Below, piece by piece: positions 47,645 to 56,670 of a stretch of 64,000 bases of DNA (position 1 is its first letter; every line of letters begins with the position of its first letter). The position numbers and the translations under genes were made by a program. Origin of the DNA: Cryomorphaceae bacterium (GTDB lineage: Bacteria > Bacteroidota > Bacteroidia > Flavobacteriales > UBA7312); the NCBI GenBank assembly GCA_042091225.1, contig JBELHW010000003.1:12860-76859 (forward strand), given 5' to 3'. Under the pieces are notes generated by a model. It saw only the letters and a list, made by a program, of their open reading frames with translations. It did not search any database and was not told the origin of the DNA.

Positions 47645-49178
47645 ATAAGGAAATACTTCCTTTAAGATCATCGTATCCATTCTTAAGACTTACCACATAA
47701 AAATAAACCCCTTCTGGCAAATCGTTATTCGATTTATTTTTACCGTCCCAACTAGTTTTATAACCTAACGAATAAAATATTTTCTTACCCCAACGGTTGT
47801 AAATAGAAACTTCAGAGTTTTCAAATAAAAAGGAAGGGTTGATGCTCCAAACATCGTTTAACAAATCACCATTAGGACTAAAAGCATTATATAAACAGCT
47901 ATCGGTAACAACAGGTATTTCTATTTGATCTTCTTCAGAACAATAGTGGTAATCTAATACAGTAGCAATATAAACTTGAGGACTTAAATTTTCTATAGAA
48001 AAAGATGTTTGTTGATTGTTCCACTCAACCTGATAGGGAGCGGTTCCACCCTCTGGAGATATTTCAATGCTATTAAAGTCTAAATCCTTACAATCAATAT
48101 CGTTTGTAATGTTTAACTCTATATTATCAATAGTTAGCTCCAAAATTTTAGTACATCCTAAGTTATCAACTACCCTACATTCATAAAATCCAGGGCAAAA
48201 AGGTCCACCGAAAATTGAATCGTTTTCTCCATCTTGTAATAAACCGTTTAAACTCCATGTGTAACTAAAAGGAGCAACACCACCAGTCTCAACCACAGCC
48301 TCTTTTGATAATTGGTCAATAAAACCAGCTATAGGGTCGATGTCGAAACTTATCGACTCTTTACATTGCCCATTATTATAACTGTCAATAACCTCAACAG
48401 TAAAAGATCCGGCACAAAGTTGGTAAGAAACGCAAGAATCGGAAGTAAGAATGGTATCCGAATTTAAAATATACTGATAAGGAGCTAATCCTCCATCGAC
48501 GCAAACAATAACTTGGTTATCTATCTCTACACTCAATTCCATTGCTAAAATTCCTTGGCCAATTTCAATAGGATTATCCTGACCTATATCGGTTATACAA
48601 CCATTAGCATCATTTATAGAAAAGGAATATAAACCTGAACTTAAATCGTTGATATCAAAAGAATCTTGAGATAAATCGCTAAAATAGATAGGGTCAAAAC
48701 CCTGGCTTCCTACTATACCAACATCATAAGGATAAGTAACTCCCGACAAATTACTTAGTAAAATCTGTGCACTAGTATCGCATGAAATAGGAGAAACTAC
48801 ATCAATGTTATAGCTAACTGGAGCAGGATTAGTAAAGCTAAAATCTTCAAAACAAGTATCGTTATTGGAAGTAATAACCTGAAGTTGATATACCCCAGCA
48901 TACAATAAAGAATCAAAAACAAAAATATTAGGAGACTGACTATTTATGGGGCTATAAGTATTGCTTTCAAAAAGGTCGCCGTTTTTTGTCAATACAACAG
49001 TGTAAGGAGTATCAGCAGGAAAAACACTTACCTCAAAATCAAAAATAAAATCACCCTCACAGGTAAACTGATTAGTTGAGTTAAATAAATTAGAATCATC
49101 GTAAGATACAGTTAAAACACAATTAGATTGAGCTAAGACTGTAAAAGGAAGAATTATTAAATAAAGTAATTTTTTCAT
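47637..49178 (-). CDS. Secreted SprB-repeat protein with T9SS type B (gliding-motility-associated, CHU_C-like) C-terminal domain
   Basis: 513 aa with a signal peptide. Repeated GG.APY.Y.W motifs (GGLAPYQY, GGVAPFSYTW, GGTAPYQVEW). C-terminal AFSPNGDLLNDVW...IYNRWGKKIF...WDGK...GVYFYV. Confidence 0.75.
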   Translation of the reverse strand: MKKLLYLIILPFTVLAQSNCVLTVSYDDSNLFNSTNQFTCEGDFIFDFEVSVFPADTPYTVVLTKNGDLFESNTYSPINSQSPNIFVFDSLLYAGVYQLQVITSNNDTCFEDFSFTNPAPVSYNIDVVSPISCDTSAQILLSNLSGVTYPYDVGIVGSQGFDPIYFSDLSQDSFDINDLSSGLYSFSINDANGCITDIGQDNPIEIGQGILAMELSVEIDNQVIVCVDGGLAPYQYILNSDTILTSDSCVSYQLCAGSFTVEVIDSYNNGQCKESISFDIDPIAGFIDQLSKEAVVETGGVAPFSYTWSLNGLLQDGENDSIFGGPFCPGFYECRVVDNLGCTKILELTIDNIELNITNDIDCKDLDFNSIEISPEGGTAPYQVEWNNQQTSFSIENLSPQVYIATVLDYHYCSEEDQIEIPVVTDSCLYNAFSPNGDLLNDVWSINPSFLFENSEVSIYNRWGKKIFYSLGYKTSWDGKNKSNNDLPEGVYFYVVSLKNGYDDLKGSISLFK

Positions 49179-49199
49179 ATCAACAAATATAAAACAAAT

Positions 49200-50006
49200 C
49201 TAATCAACATAAAACAAACTTAAAGCTGCAATTGGTTTTTCTATCACTAACGCTACCTTACATCCATAATTACTGGCAATATGTTTTAATTCGCTATTAA
49301 AAAAATAGGCGATAGAACCACAAAACGAAATCTCCTTTTGCTCGTACTGACTGACATGCTTTTCAAAAAAAGCATTGAAGTTTTGACAAATCAAATCCGA
49401 AATTTGAGGGTGAGATCTATTTCTGAATATAAATGGACAATAGGATGCCATGTACCTATTGGGAGCATAATCGGAATATAATTCGTCTATAATTTGATCG
49501 GGGGTTTTTTTCATCTTTTTAGCAATACTTTCGTCAAGCTCTCCGCTTAAATACTTTGTTAAAAATAACTTGCCCAAATAACTACCTCCTCCTTCATCGC
49601 CCAGCAAATAACCTAAACTTTTGCCTTTTTGTAAAATTTGTTTGCCGTCGTAATAACAAACATTAGAGCCAGTGCCTAAAATTGCTACTAACCCCTTTTT
49701 AGATCCTTTAGTAGCAATAGACGCTCCTAACAAATCGCTATAAATAGATATTTCTGAATTCGAAAAAAGAAAAGAAAACAATTCTTTCATTCTATTCTGG
49801 TTAAGGCTAGACCCACATCCCGCCCCAAAAAAATAGACTTTTGTAATACTATTAAAATCTAAGGAAAGAGACAAAATTGCATTCTTAATATCGTTGTCGC
49901 TACAAATATTAGGATTTAATCCCTGCGATTGAAGTGCACTAATATTGGATGCTTCTATAAGTCTCCAGTCTGTTTTTGTACTACCACTATCCCCTATCAG
50001 TATCAT
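49200..50006 (-). CDS. BadF/BadG/BcrA/BcrD-type ATPase (N-acetylglucosamine kinase-like)
   Basis: 268 aa. N-terminal ILIGDSGSTKTDW, GTGSN and LGDEGGGSYLG blocks of the ASKHA fold. Confidence 0.65.
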   Translation of the reverse strand: MILIGDSGSTKTDWRLIEASNISALQSQGLNPNICSDNDIKNAILSLSLDFNSITKVYFFGAGCGSSLNQNRMKELFSFLFSNSEISIYSDLLGASIATKGSKKGLVAILGTGSNVCYYDGKQILQKGKSLGYLLGDEGGGSYLGKLFLTKYLSGELDESIAKKMKKTPDQIIDELYSDYAPNRYMASYCPFIFRNRSHPQISDLICQNFNAFFEKHVSQYEQKEISFCGSIAYFFNSELKHIASNYGCKVALVIEKPIAALSLFYVD

Positions 50007-50925
50007 AAGTTCTTTCTAGTTCGTGGCATTCTCCTTCAATAGCTAAATGGCTGTTTTTAAATACTTGCTGAGCCTGATCTAAAAGGGGCTGTAAATCATG
50101 ATAGCGTTGAGAATAATGGCCAATAATTAACTTTCCAACTTTAGCTTTTTTAGCTATTGTTGCTGCTTGTTTGCATGTAGAATGTTTCGTTTGATACGCT
50201 CTTTCTTCCATATCGTTTAGAAATGTAGCTTCGTGGTACAAAATATCTACTCCCTTAATTTGATCTATAACGGCTTCATAATAAGCAGTGTCACTACAAA
50301 AAGCAAAAGACCGTGCCTTTTGAGCACTCCTTGTTAGCTCTAAATGTGGAATAACAGTACCATCTTCTAAAGTAAAATCTGCTCCTGACTTTATTTTAGG
50401 AACTATGTAATTCGGAATATTATATTGGGTAATCTTATCTCTTCTCATTCTTCTATCTTGTTGTACTTCTTTAAAAAGAAAGCCACAACAATCAATAGAA
50501 TGATCTAAAGGAATAGTTTCGACAATTACGCTTCCATTGTTGAGTAAAACTTGAGGTCGGTCAAAATCAAAAGAATGAAAAATTAAAGGGTAACGAAGTT
50601 TTGTTTTAGATGCCTCTAGCTGAATATTTAATATCTCCTCTAAATCTTTAGGGCCGTAAACATTTAACTCTTTTTCTCTTCCTAATAAATGCATCGTAGA
50701 AATAAGACAAATTAATCCAAAATAATGATCTCCATGTAAATGGGAAATAAAAATATGTTGTATTGATTGTAGTTTAAATCTATACTTTCTCAATTGCAAT
50801 TGAGTGCCCTCACCACAATCAATTAAAAAAAACCGCTCAGAGACGTTAAGTAATTGAGCGGTTGGTTTTCTTTCTGATGTTGGAATAGCAGAATTACATC
50901 CTAAAATAGTTAGCTTGAATGACAT
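49987..50925 (-). CDS. rnz: Ribonuclease Z (metallo-beta-lactamase fold)
   Basis: 312 aa. ILGCNSAIP N-terminus, HISHLHGDH motif and C-terminal HYS block. Confidence 0.85.
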   Translation of the reverse strand: MSFKLTILGCNSAIPTSERKPTAQLLNVSERFFLIDCGEGTQLQLRKYRFKLQSIQHIFISHLHGDHYFGLICLISTMHLLGREKELNVYGPKDLEEILNIQLEASKTKLRYPLIFHSFDFDRPQVLLNNGSVIVETIPLDHSIDCCGFLFKEVQQDRRMRRDKITQYNIPNYIVPKIKSGADFTLEDGTVIPHLELTRSAQKARSFAFCSDTAYYEAVIDQIKGVDILYHEATFLNDMEERAYQTKHSTCKQAATIAKKAKVGKLIIGHYSQRYHDLQPLLDQAQQVFKNSHLAIEGECHELERTYDTDRG

Positions 50926-51755
50926 TATTTTTTAAATACTAGCATCCTTTTAGTTTGCGAATTTAAACCATTAGAAATGCTGTAAAAATATAATCCTGAA
51001 GATAGTTTGTCGCTATTCAATTTTATTTTATTGGAACCTGTAACAGATTGTATATTTCTTTCTACAACTGTTTTTCCAAAAACATCAACTACAGTAAAGT
51101 TAATTTGTTCTGGTTTTAAACTTTCAAAATGTATCTCTGTAGATGACTTAAACGGATTTGGAACATTCTGACTTAGTGCAAAAACATTGTTTTGTGGAGA
51201 AGAAATTGAAGCAGTACCATCTTCACTTACTACAAACCTATATCCTGTAATCTCTTCTAAATCTCCTACTTCGTCTAAAGCAACAACAACGTTTAAGGCA
51301 GGAACAGTTACCCAACCATTAACTACAAAAGTAATGGGGTGGGTTCCAATCATTTCGGCAGTAGTATTTCCATATAAAGTAACACAACCAACCTGATCTC
51401 CTAAATAGGTAGCGTTATCAGCCGAAAAATATAAAGACATTCCGTCAGGTAAGCCAAGAACTTCAACAAGCTGAATACTGTCAATAACAAAGCCAGAAAC
51501 ATCTGTTAAAACAGGAAAACCTACATCCACCAAATAAGGATAGCCAGTAACTTCTCCAACTTCATTGGGAGTTTTTATTTGTACGTTAGTCTCGTAATAA
51601 GTGTCTACCTGTGCTATTGGCAAATTTTCAACAGTATCAGGCCATAAATTAAAAAGAGAATCTTGTAAAGTAATATCCACTACACAAGGATTAGTTTGAG
51701 CAAAAGACACTACACTAAAAAACATCACATTTATAATAAGTATAATTTTTTTCAT
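50925..51755 (-). CDS. Secreted protein with T9SS type A C-terminal sorting domain
   Basis: 276 aa with a signal peptide. C-terminal NVPNPFKSSTEIHF...GLYFYSI...KRMLVFKK matches the Por_Secre_tail pattern. Confidence 0.7.
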   Translation of the reverse strand: MKKIILIINVMFFSVVSFAQTNPCVVDITLQDSLFNLWPDTVENLPIAQVDTYYETNVQIKTPNEVGEVTGYPYLVDVGFPVLTDVSGFVIDSIQLVEVLGLPDGMSLYFSADNATYLGDQVGCVTLYGNTTAEMIGTHPITFVVNGWVTVPALNVVVALDEVGDLEEITGYRFVVSEDGTASISSPQNNVFALSQNVPNPFKSSTEIHFESLKPEQINFTVVDVFGKTVVERNIQSVTGSNKIKLNSDKLSSGLYFYSISNGLNSQTKRMLVFKK

Positions 51756-51760
51756 AATAT

Positions 51761-52084
51761 TTATTTTAACATTCGTTCTATATTTTCCATTTCAATAAAA
51801 TCCAAAGCTTCTTCTAAAGTAGGAACAACAGAAAAGTCGTCCTTATAAGAACCTTTATAAATCATTACAAATGAACCATTATTAGTATTATTGTTCCCAA
51901 ATTTAGTAAAGTTTTTAAAATCTCCATCAGTTACCGAACTTATATTTAATAAGTCGAATATAATGTGCTTATAAGCACCATCAGTGCCATCTAATATTAA
52001 AGACAAATCAAAACTTAGTTCTTTCAACTCAACAATAATTATATCTTCTTGTTTTTTTAAGGAAAAAGACATCTTACTTCTCAA
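51761..52084 (-). CDS. Hypothetical small protein coupled to pyrB
   Basis: 107 aa, or 103 aa from the ATG at 52072, which lies 1 nt after the pyrB stop. No recognisable motif. Confidence 0.4.
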   Translation of the reverse strand: MRSKMSFSLKKQEDIIIVELKELSFDLSLILDGTDGAYKHIIFDLLNISSVTDGDFKNFTKFGNNNTNNGSFVMIYKGSYKDDFSVVPTLEEALDFIEMENIERMLK

Positions 52085-53003
52085 TTTTATTGGCTAATAG
52101 ATAGATAACTGCCATTCTTATAGCTACCCCATTTTCAACCTGATCCAATATAATTGATTGATCGCTATCGGCTACTTCCGATGTGATTTCTACTCCTCTA
52201 TTAATAGGACCAGGATGCATAACCACTATTTTTTTATCTAACGAATTTAACAACTTCATATCTAAGCCATAAAGCATTGTATATTCTCTTATAGAAGGAA
52301 AATATTTGGTATCTTGTCTTTCCAACTGAATACGCAGCATATTAGCAACATCACACCACTGCAAAGCTTTTTTAAGGTCAGGCTCATAGCCAACTCCTAA
52401 AGATTCAATATACTTTGGCATCATAGTTGCAGGCCCACATACTTTTACTTGAGCACCTAACTTTTGAAGGCAAAATATATTAGAAAGAGCTACTCTTGAG
52501 TGTAAAATATCTCCTACAATAACTACTTTTTTTCCTGCTACTTCTCCAAATTTTTCTCTAATAGAGAAAGCATCTAAGAGAGCTTGGGTAGGGTGTTCGT
52601 GTGCTCCATCTCCTGCATTTATTATAGGAACATCAATGTGTTTTGCTAAATAGGTTGGGGCTCCAGCATTAGGGTGCCTAATTACCAACATATCTACTTT
52701 CATAGATAATATATTATTAACGGTATCTACTAAAGTCTCTCCTTTTTTAACAGAAGAAGAGGCTGCAGAAAAATTTACAACATCAGCTGATAATCTTTTT
52801 TGAGCAAGCTCGAAGGAAAGGCGTGTACGAGTAGAGTTTTCGAAAAATAAATTTGCAATAGTTATATCTCTTAAGGAAGGTACTTTCTTAATAGGTCGAT
52901 TAATAACTTCCTTGAACTGGTCGGCTGTTTTAAATATTAAGTTAATATCTTCCAGCTCTAGGTTTTTGATACCTATTAAATGTTGTACACTTAATTTACT
53001 CAT
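52074..53003 (-). CDS. pyrB: Aspartate carbamoyltransferase catalytic subunit
   Basis: 309 aa. FFENSTRTRLSFE, HEHPTQALLD and HPGPINRG motifs. Confidence 0.93.
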   Translation of the reverse strand: MSKLSVQHLIGIKNLELEDINLIFKTADQFKEVINRPIKKVPSLRDITIANLFFENSTRTRLSFELAQKRLSADVVNFSAASSSVKKGETLVDTVNNILSMKVDMLVIRHPNAGAPTYLAKHIDVPIINAGDGAHEHPTQALLDAFSIREKFGEVAGKKVVIVGDILHSRVALSNIFCLQKLGAQVKVCGPATMMPKYIESLGVGYEPDLKKALQWCDVANMLRIQLERQDTKYFPSIREYTMLYGLDMKLLNSLDKKIVVMHPGPINRGVEITSEVADSDQSIILDQVENGVAIRMAVIYLLANKIEK

Positions 53004-53535
53004 TCGTCAATAAAATTACTCTTTCGTTTTCACCCCATTCTACGCTTACTCTTTCTTTAGCTACTACATCCACTTTCTGACCTACATAATCAGGCTGAAT
53101 AGGAACGTGCCTACTTAGTCTTCTGTCTATTAAAACCATAAGCTCCACAGAAGTAGGACGTCCAAAATCATGAAGGGCATCTAATGCGGCACGTATTGTC
53201 CGACCTGTAAACAATACGTCGTCAATAAGAACAACTTTTTTGTTTTCTAGGTTGGCAGTGATATTGGTTTCGCTTGCCTGCAATAAATTTGACCCTCTTC
53301 TAAAATCGTCTCTATAAAAAGTAATATCTAACTGGCCAAATTCTATGTCTTTGTATTTGCTGTCTATAGACTCAAGACATGCCATTATTCGGTTTGCCAA
53401 ATAAATTCCTCTAGGTTGTAAACCAATGATAACAGTTTCAGAAAAGTGGTTGTGATTTTCAATCAGTTGATGACATAAGCGATGAATCGTAATGTTTAAC
53501 TGATTTTTATTGAGTATGCTTTTACTTTTGCTCAT
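52996..53535 (-). CDS. pyrR: Bifunctional pyr operon regulator / uracil phosphoribosyltransferase PyrR
   Basis: PRPP-binding motif VVLIDDVLFTGRT. The ATG at 53535 (MSKSKS...) is preferred over 53547. Overlaps pyrB by 8 nt. Confidence 0.88.
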   Translation of the reverse strand: MSKSKSILNKNQLNITIHRLCHQLIENHNHFSETVIIGLQPRGIYLANRIMACLESIDSKYKDIEFGQLDITFYRDDFRRGSNLLQASETNITANLENKKVVLIDDVLFTGRTIRAALDALHDFGRPTSVELMVLIDRRLSRHVPIQPDYVGQKVDVVAKERVSVEWGENERVILLTNE

Positions 53536-53577
53536 TTCAAAAAACAAATATAGTAGATTTAAATTATATAGCTATAT

Positions 53578-53607
53578 AAAAAAAAAGCTCTTCAAATTGA
53601 AGAGCTT
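53578..53607 (-). terminator. Rho-independent terminator after rpsA
   Basis: Perfect 9-bp stem AGCTCTTCA-aat-TGAAGAGCT. On the minus strand it is followed by T9. Confidence 0.8.
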
Positions 53608-53623
53608 TTTAATTGTTGAAAAA

Positions 53624-55594
53624 TTACTTTTTCTTTTTTTCAGAATTCTGCATACTTTCCTTCAAAGCAATTAGTTCGTCCATATCTCCAAGCGTACTTT
53701 TTTGCTGGTTTTGCTGAACTTTGTGTACTTTGTTAGTTGTTTGCTTTTTCTGTTCCTGCTGAACCTCTTTAAAAATAACAGTATGTGATACTATAATTTT
53801 TTGAGAATCTTTATGGAATTCTAAAACTCTGAAAGTTAGTTTTTCGCCTACCTCAATTTTAGAGCCATCTTCCTTAGACAAATGACGCTTAGGTGCAAAT
53901 GCTTCTACTCCGTGAGTAAGGACTATAGTGGCACCATTTTTAGTGATGTCACCAACTTCTCCTTCTAACTCCATTCCTTCACCGAATACAGATTCATATC
54001 CATCCCAAGGATTATCGTTTAGTTGTTTCACACCTAAACTTAGTTTTCTAGATTCCATATCTAACTCGATAACTTGAGCATCAATTTTCTCTCCAACTTT
54101 AGTAAACTCTGAAGGATGTTTGATTTTCTTAACCCAAGAAAGGTCAGAAATATGAATCAATCCATCAACACCTTCTTCTAACTCAACGAAAATTCCGAAG
54201 TTAGTGAAGTTTCTTACCACTACATTGTGAGTAGAACCTACAGGATATTTCTTAGCAATCTCTGCCCATGGGTCAGGTTGTAATTGCTTCATTCCTAAAG
54301 ACATCTTACGCTCTTCTCTATCTAATGTTAAAATTTGAGCTTCTATTTCTTGTCCTACTTTCAAGAAGTCACTCGCACTACGTAAGTGTGTAGACCAAGA
54401 CATTTCAGAAACATGCACCAAAGCTTCTACACCTGGCTGAATTTCAACAAATGCACCGTAATCTGCTACTACTACTACCTTACCTTTGATAGTATCGCCA
54501 ATAGCCGATTTTTGATCTAAAGCATCCCAAGGATGAGCAGTTAACTGCTTAAGTCCTAACTGAATTCTTCTTTTCTCGTCGTCAAATTCTAAAATTACAA
54601 CATTAATTGTAGAGTCTAATTCTACCACCTCATCCGGATGATTTACTCTACCCCAAGAAAGATCGGTAATGTGTATAAGTCCGTCTATTCCACCTAAGTC
54701 GATAAACACACCATAAGAAGTGATGTTTTTAACCGTACCTTCAAGAACTTGTCCAACTTCAAGTTTAGACATAATTTCTTTTTTCTGTTCTTCAAGATCA
54801 GCCTCAATAAGAGCTTTGTGCGAAACAACAACATTACGGAATTCATGGTTAATTTTAACGACTTTAAATTCCATTTTCTTACCTACATACTCATCGTAAT
54901 CTCTAATTGGTTTAATATCAATTTGAGAACCTGGCAAGAATGCTTCAAGTCCTAAAACCTCAACAATCATACCACCTTTAGTTCTACACTTAATAAAACC
55001 TTCTAAAACTAAATCTTTCTCGAAAGATTCGTTTACTTTTTCCCAAGATCGCAATACTCTTGCTTTCTTGTGAGACAATATTAATTGTCCTTTTTTATCT
55101 TCTTTCTTTTCTACTAATACTTCAACAATGTCTCCGGCTTTTAAATCCTCATTGTATCGGAATTCGTTTCTAGAAATTATAGCGTCTGATTTATAGTTAA
55201 CGTTAACAATAACTTCTCTTTCAGTTAAGCTAACAACAACTCCATCTAAAACTTCGTTAGGTGAAACAGTACTTAAAGCCGACTCATATTGAGATTTAAA
55301 ATCGTCAAACTCAGATTCGGAATATTCAGCTATACCTTTAGTGTAAGTGTCCCAATCAAATTCAACTTCTTCTTTTGGCTCTTCAACAGCTTCAACCACC
55401 TTTTCTTCAACAGCCTCAACTACCTTTTCTTCAACAGCTTCAACAACTGTTTCTTTAACAGCTTTTTTTGCAGGCTTCTTGGCAGCTTCTTTTTTAGTCG
55501 ATTTTTTAGGGGTCTTTTTAGTAGCTTTTGGTTTAGCTTCCTTTTTTGCAGCATCTTCTACAGGAGTAGCATCTGCTTTTTTTTCTTCTGACAT
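53624..55594 (-). CDS. rpsA: 30S ribosomal protein S1 with an atypical N-terminal extension
   Basis: 656 aa. Six S1 (OB-fold) repeats after EFDWDTY. Residues 1-77 form a K/A/P-rich stretch plus a (VVEAVEEK)x3 segment. No internal Met is available before the first S1 domain. Confidence 0.93.
   Translation of the reverse strand: MSEEKKADATPVEDAAKKEAKPKATKKTPKKSTKKEAAKKPAKKAVKETVVEAVEEKVVEAVEEKVVEAVEEPKEEVEFDWDTYTKGIAEYSESEFDDFKSQYESALSTVSPNEVLDGVVVSLTEREVIVNVNYKSDAIISRNEFRYNEDLKAGDIVEVLVEKKEDKKGQLILSHKKARVLRSWEKVNESFEKDLVLEGFIKCRTKGGMIVEVLGLEAFLPGSQIDIKPIRDYDEYVGKKMEFKVVKINHEFRNVVVSHKALIEADLEEQKKEIMSKLEVGQVLEGTVKNITSYGVFIDLGGIDGLIHITDLSWGRVNHPDEVVELDSTINVVILEFDDEKRRIQLGLKQLTAHPWDALDQKSAIGDTIKGKVVVVADYGAFVEIQPGVEALVHVSEMSWSTHLRSASDFLKVGQEIEAQILTLDREERKMSLGMKQLQPDPWAEIAKKYPVGSTHNVVVRNFTNFGIFVELEEGVDGLIHISDLSWVKKIKHPSEFTKVGEKIDAQVIELDMESRKLSLGVKQLNDNPWDGYESVFGEGMELEGEVGDITKNGATIVLTHGVEAFAPKRHLSKEDGSKIEVGEKLTFRVLEFHKDSQKIIVSHTVIFKEVQQEQKKQTTNKVHKVQQNQQKSTLGDMDELIALKESMQNSEKKKK
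55381..55452. repeat. Three tandem copies of a 24-nt unit inside the 5' end of rpsA
   Basis: The three units are CTTCAACAGCTTCAACCACCTTTT, CTTCAACAGCCTCAACTACCTTTT and CTTCAACAGCTTCAACAACTGTTT. They are in frame and encode the VVEAVEEK repeats on the minus strand. Confidence 0.9.
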
Positions 55595-55764
55595 AGTAAT
55601 GTCTAAAAATTTGTATTTCGTTTACTTAGAGATTCGAATGGCAATCAACGAAAGTAATTAATGTTTATTTTTTACTCCTTTTCTTCTCCAAGAATGCCAT
55701 TAAAAAGGGCTGCAAATATAAACATATTAATTAAACATACAGCTGTAAAAACAAAGAAATGGAA

Positions 55765-56559
55765 TTAGGCAATAATTTGCTGCAAGTGTATGCGACAATT
55801 TTGAAGCTCAAAGCTAGGCTTTTGCTTAAAAAAGCCAAAAACAGAAGAACCACTTCCACTCATAGAACTATAAATGGCTCCATTGCGATTCATAACATCT
55901 TTCAACTCTTTTATTTTAGGCTCCAATTCGAAAATTCCTTTTTCAAAATCGTTCACCATCGACCAAGATGATACAGGCTCAGAAATAAGTGTGGCTAATT
56001 TAATTGGGGGAATAGACGGAATAACATTTGAGTATGCCATTGCGGTAGAAACATGAATATCGGGCGTTGCTACCAGCAAAAAAACCTTAGAAATATCTAT
56101 ATCTATACTACTAAGTTCTTCCCCAATGCCCTGAGCCAAGCAAGGTTTATTATCAATAAAAAAAGGACAATCGGCACCCAACATAAGCCCATATTTTTTA
56201 AGCTGGGTGTTAGTCAAGTTTAAATGGAACATCTTATTTAAACCCATTAGAGTAAAGGCAGCATCGGAAGAGCCTCCTCCTAAACCAGCACCGATAGGTA
56301 TGTTTTTATGAAGATGAATGTGTACGTTTTGTAAAGAAAAGTCCTTATTAAGCAAATCAAAAGCTCTTACACACAAGTTGCCTTTTCCAGGGATGTCAAT
56401 ACCTGAAGATGTGAATTTAAATTCCTTACTTTTAATAATCTCTAAGCTATCTTTCCAATCGATAGGATAAAAAATAGTTTCTAAATTATGGTAACCATCC
56501 TCCCTCTTATAAAGGATGTTTAAACCTATATTTATCTTAGCATTAGGAAAAAGAATCAT
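55765..56559 (-). CDS. ispE: 4-(cytidine 5'-diphospho)-2-C-methyl-D-erythritol kinase
   Basis: GHMP kinase motif NIPIGAGLGGGSSDAA. N-terminus MILFPNAKINIGLNI from the ATG at 56559; the ORF track extends it to 56598. Confidence 0.85.
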   Translation of the reverse strand: MILFPNAKINIGLNILYKREDGYHNLETIFYPIDWKDSLEIIKSKEFKFTSSGIDIPGKGNLCVRAFDLLNKDFSLQNVHIHLHKNIPIGAGLGGGSSDAAFTLMGLNKMFHLNLTNTQLKKYGLMLGADCPFFIDNKPCLAQGIGEELSSIDIDISKVFLLVATPDIHVSTAMAYSNVIPSIPPIKLATLISEPVSSWSMVNDFEKGIFELEPKIKELKDVMNRNGAIYSSMSGSGSSVFGFFKQKPSFELQNCRIHLQQIIA

Positions 56560-56670
56560 TGTTAATAAATTTAATTGACTATTGACAAAGGTAATCACAT
56601 AAATTTTTCTAAACTTGAAATAAGTTTTATAATTACAAAAAAATAATAAATTACTAGATTGAAACCAATT

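Noticed and set aside
55289-55661. Two plus-strand ORFs (100 and 104 aa) with striking repeats (FFNSFN..., STASTTFSS...) opposite the 5' end of rpsA
   Set aside because: The repeats are simply the antisense reading of the 24-nt tandem repeat and the Lys-codon-rich (AAA/AAG to TTT/CTT) region of the S1 N-terminal extension. The S1 frame continues into conserved S1 domains.
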